A stretch of DNA of 64,000 nucleotides from the human T2T-CHM13v2.0 reference genome, Homo sapiens. The notes beneath the pieces were generated by a model. The model searched no databases and had not been told where the DNA came from. It worked only from the letters and a program-made list of their open reading frames with translations. The position numbers and the translations under genes are program-made. Shown piece by piece: positions 60,701 through 64,000 of this stretch. Numbering within the stretch: the stretch's first letter is position 1; every line of letters starts with the position of its first letter. Location of the stretch: the NCBI RefSeq assembly GCF_009914755.1, contig NC_060942.1; one strand, given 5' to 3'.

Positions 60701-61740
60701 TCAAACTATTTCAAAGTAATTGAAGATGAGAGAATTCGTCCAAACTCATTCTACAATGCTGGCATAACTGATACAAAAACCAGTCAAGGACACAACAAAA
60801 TATGAAACGACAGGACAATATCTCTGATAAAAATAGATGCAAAAATATTTAAGAAAATACTAGCAAACCAAATTCAACAGCACATTAAAAAGATCATTCA
60901 CCATGATCAAATGGGATTCATTCTAGATAATACAACCTACATAATACAATAAATGTGATATAGCACATTAGCAGGATCAAGGACACAAGCTAATCTATCA
61001 CTTTGATAAACAGAAAAAGTATTTGACAATATTCAACAATGCTGTTTGATTAAAACTCTCAACAAAATGTACCTCAACACAATAAAGGCCAAAAATGATA
61101 AACTACAGCTAACTGGAGAAAAGTTGAAAGCTTTTCCTCTAAGATCTGAAACAAGACACAGATGCCAATTTTCACCACTTTTATTCAACATAGTACTAAA
61201 GTTCTAGCCAGAGAAATTAGGCAAGAAAAATAAATAAAAAGGATCTATTTGGAAAGAAGGAAGTCAAATTGTTTATTTCATGATTTTATACATAGATTTT
61301 ATATAAAGGTTCAACCAAAAAGCTCTAAGAAGTGATAAATAAATTCAGTAAAGTTGCAGGATACAGCATCAACCAAAAATATCAGTAGCATTTCTTTTTT
61401 TTAATAACTTTTATTTTAAGTTCAGAGGTACATGTGCGGGTTTGTTACATAGGTAAACTTGGGTCATGGGAGTTTGTTGCACAAAATAATTTCATCACCC
61501 AAGTACTTATTTGTTCTATTGGCTGCAGGGTGACTATAGTTAATATTGCATATTTCGAAATAATTAGAGGAAAGGATTTTAAGAGTCCTTACCACAAACT
61601 AATGATCAATGTTTTAGATAATGAATATGCTGAATAACCTGATTCTATCATTACTGAATATATGCATGTATTGAAACATCACACTGTGCCCCATAAATAT
61701 GTGCAATTATTATGTGACAATTAAAAGCAAAATAAAACTT
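57720..61740 (+). mobile_element. Large old L1M (5' UTR, ORF1 end, ORF2 endonuclease to RT, deleted 3' part) with a short antisense L1 insert at ~61395-61505
   Basis: ORF1-like TTCCCAGACAAGCAAAAGTTG; ORF2 start near 59330 (ATCAATAATAACCTTCAAT); ORF 60419-60805 [19 protein letters not shown]. Confidence 0.8.
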
Positions 61741-62631
61741 TTCAAAAATAAAGATGGAAGAAACCTGGGTTGCTCAATCTCTGACGGGTGACCAGTCACC
61801 AACCATAACACTACTGAGCATAGGTACATGAGCAGATATATCATTTCATGTGGCTAAGTACCTAAAATTTTATGATATTTTGTTACATTAGCTAGAATTA
61901 CTCACACTAATAACAAAGAGAGTGAGATATAAGCCTGGGTAGAATAATCAATTTTAGAATGATGTTGTTAAGTCTTACTAAGAAATCTCAACTTTGCTAA
62001 AAGGACAATGGAAAGATTGAGGTATTTTAGGAGGTTTAATGTTATATATTTAGACTAAGCAATTTGATTGATTACAGAAAATGTATTACAAATAAAAAAA
62101 TCATAATGAGATAAGTTGATGACACCTATTGCATCAATCCAGTGTGTAATGAAGTTGGGCTAGTTGAAGATCATAGTAAAATAGAATTGAACAGACTCAG
62201 AAGTAAAGTTTATATAGATAATGCCTATTACTTGACTACATTTGACTGTAAGGGAGAAACAAAATTGGTGTAAAATTTTCTTGCTTGAGGAGCTAGCAAG
62301 ACAATACACAACTCCAGGAGTTCATTCATTTAAAAAATGTCTTTATGAATTGTTACATAAGGGAAAGATAAGTTGAATATTGTCCATAATGAATTTGAAG
62401 TGTGCATATGAAAACAAGTGGAGATGCTCAGTAGGTAATTGAATATATAGAAAAATATACAGAAAAAAAAAGCATGCTATTAAAAAAAAAAGTACCTTTA
62501 ACACCTTCTCACAGGAGAATGACAAAATTCCCCCTAAAACCAGAAGCCATTTATTTAGTGAAATAGCTTGGTGGGTCACATTTTTGTAAGTGTTGAGCAA
62601 GAAGCAGACCCATTACAATGGGTCAAGAAGT

Positions 62632-63080
62632 GTATTAGTCAAGGCCACAGAAGAAAACATAAAACCTATTTGGCAAAGGTTTTCAACATAATATGAGAAT
62701 CAACTATCTATAAAAATCTTGGCAGGATTAAATGAGGCATCCTACCACCAGAACCAGCAGGAAGCTTTATTACTCTTGGCCTGGAGAGACAAGTAGAGGG
62801 TTAGAAATTGTTGAGAGCTAGAGCCATAAAGGGACCTACAAGGTATAAATACTCAAGGATAGATTACTAGAAGAATTCTAGTGAAGTGGCAGGGAGGAGA
62901 AACTGAGTAAAATCCAGACCTTTCTCTCCTTTTTCCCTCTAATCTCCTGCCAGCTCCTTTTATTCTCCAATCTCAATAAAGGCTAGAGGCAGAAAAGCCC
63001 AGATAATGTAGCCACGATAATGAGCCAACAGGGGCCTAGAATAGAAAAGGGTGGAGAATGAAACAAACAACTAAAGAAAA
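62632..63080 (-). mobile_element. Probable MaLR/ERVL LTR fragment
   Basis: Begins TGTATTAGTCAAGG...AGAAGAAAAC, like the reverse-strand end of MLT LTRs; highly diverged. Confidence 0.4.
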
Positions 63081-64000
63081 CTTCAAGAGAAATCAATGGG
63101 AAATGATGACCTGGGGACAACCGACATGATGTAGTAGTTGATTTCAAGAATTTAGGGTATAAATGGGAAGAGATGAATTTATAGTTGGGAGGCGATGTGT
63201 TAAGAAAGTTAGATACTTAAGAGAGAAAGTTGAAGGAATTCATACTAATGGGGATGGGTTTGGTTTTACAAAGTAAGAAATGAATTTATACAGTACATAT
63301 ATACATATCCTAAGAGCCCATGTCAAGAAGAAAATCCAAATATCTTGTTCTAGGGTGTGAGAATGATCATCAAGACTGTTTTCTGTGCTTCCTTCCCCCT
63401 AACATTACATAGGTCCATAATGGCTAAATCTCCTTACTGTCCAACTGTACAAGAAGGGACCTAATTCTGAGTGGTCTATTTCGGTTCATTTCTATGCAAA
63501 TTATCTGGCATTAAAATTCAATTTAAAAAATTAGCTCAGCTCCTATTGTGCCACCAGGATGATTTAAATTCTGTTTTTTCTTAAAAGAAAAGGAGCAGAA
63601 CATCTCTAAATCTTTGCATTTCAAATATTTGGTTTCAGTTTTGGGTCTGGTTCTCAACACTGACCACTAGTATTAACATACAGTTTACTAGAGGAAACTT
63701 GTGTCAAATTTTCTATAACAATAGTCACAACAACATATAATGAAAAGAAAAAAATGTAACATCAACTAGGATGGGATGCTAGCGTCGACAGTTTATTTTT
63801 ACTCCTGGTATTACAACCTATATTTTCACTGTTTTAAAAAAGATTCAAGTTCCACATGAACCTAGCGGTACACTAACAATATGACAACAACGTAGCCACT
63901 TATCTCAGTAAAACAAAAATTTTACTACTTTTGGTGGTGCCTTGCAGACTCATTTTTTTCAGAAATTGCTTATCATCTGTTTATTTATAATATTCAAGAT

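Overview
Human (or very close great-ape) pericentromeric segmental-duplication DNA. It is AT-rich and about half interspersed repeat. The left part holds the 5' end of a POTE cancer-testis ankyrin-repeat gene on the minus strand: coding exons 1-5 with intact GT-AG junctions and an open frame, three 37-aa Cys-rich repeats and a CpG-island promoter. By recalled residues it is most like POTEC (18p11.21). A twice-frameshifted OR4K olfactory-receptor pseudogene lies at 38.6-39.55 kb. Most of the rest is Alu, L1, MIR/L2, MaLR/ERV LTRs and DNA-transposon relics. I found no convincing new multi-gene system. The most interesting signals are retrotransposition and repair scars: (1) a U6 snRNA fused to ~240 nt of non-L1 sequence inside one pair of target-site duplications (TSDs), next to a perfect 19-bp hairpin with two AP-1 sites; (2) a young L1PA2-type fragment with a 14-nt Alu-like 3' transduction; (3) ~350 bp of unidentified, exon-like DNA captured inside an old L1; (4) a twin-primed L1 with a 7-bp micro-inversion; (5) an old fold-back duplication. 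Repeat subfamilies and old-repeat boundaries were read by eye and are approximate.
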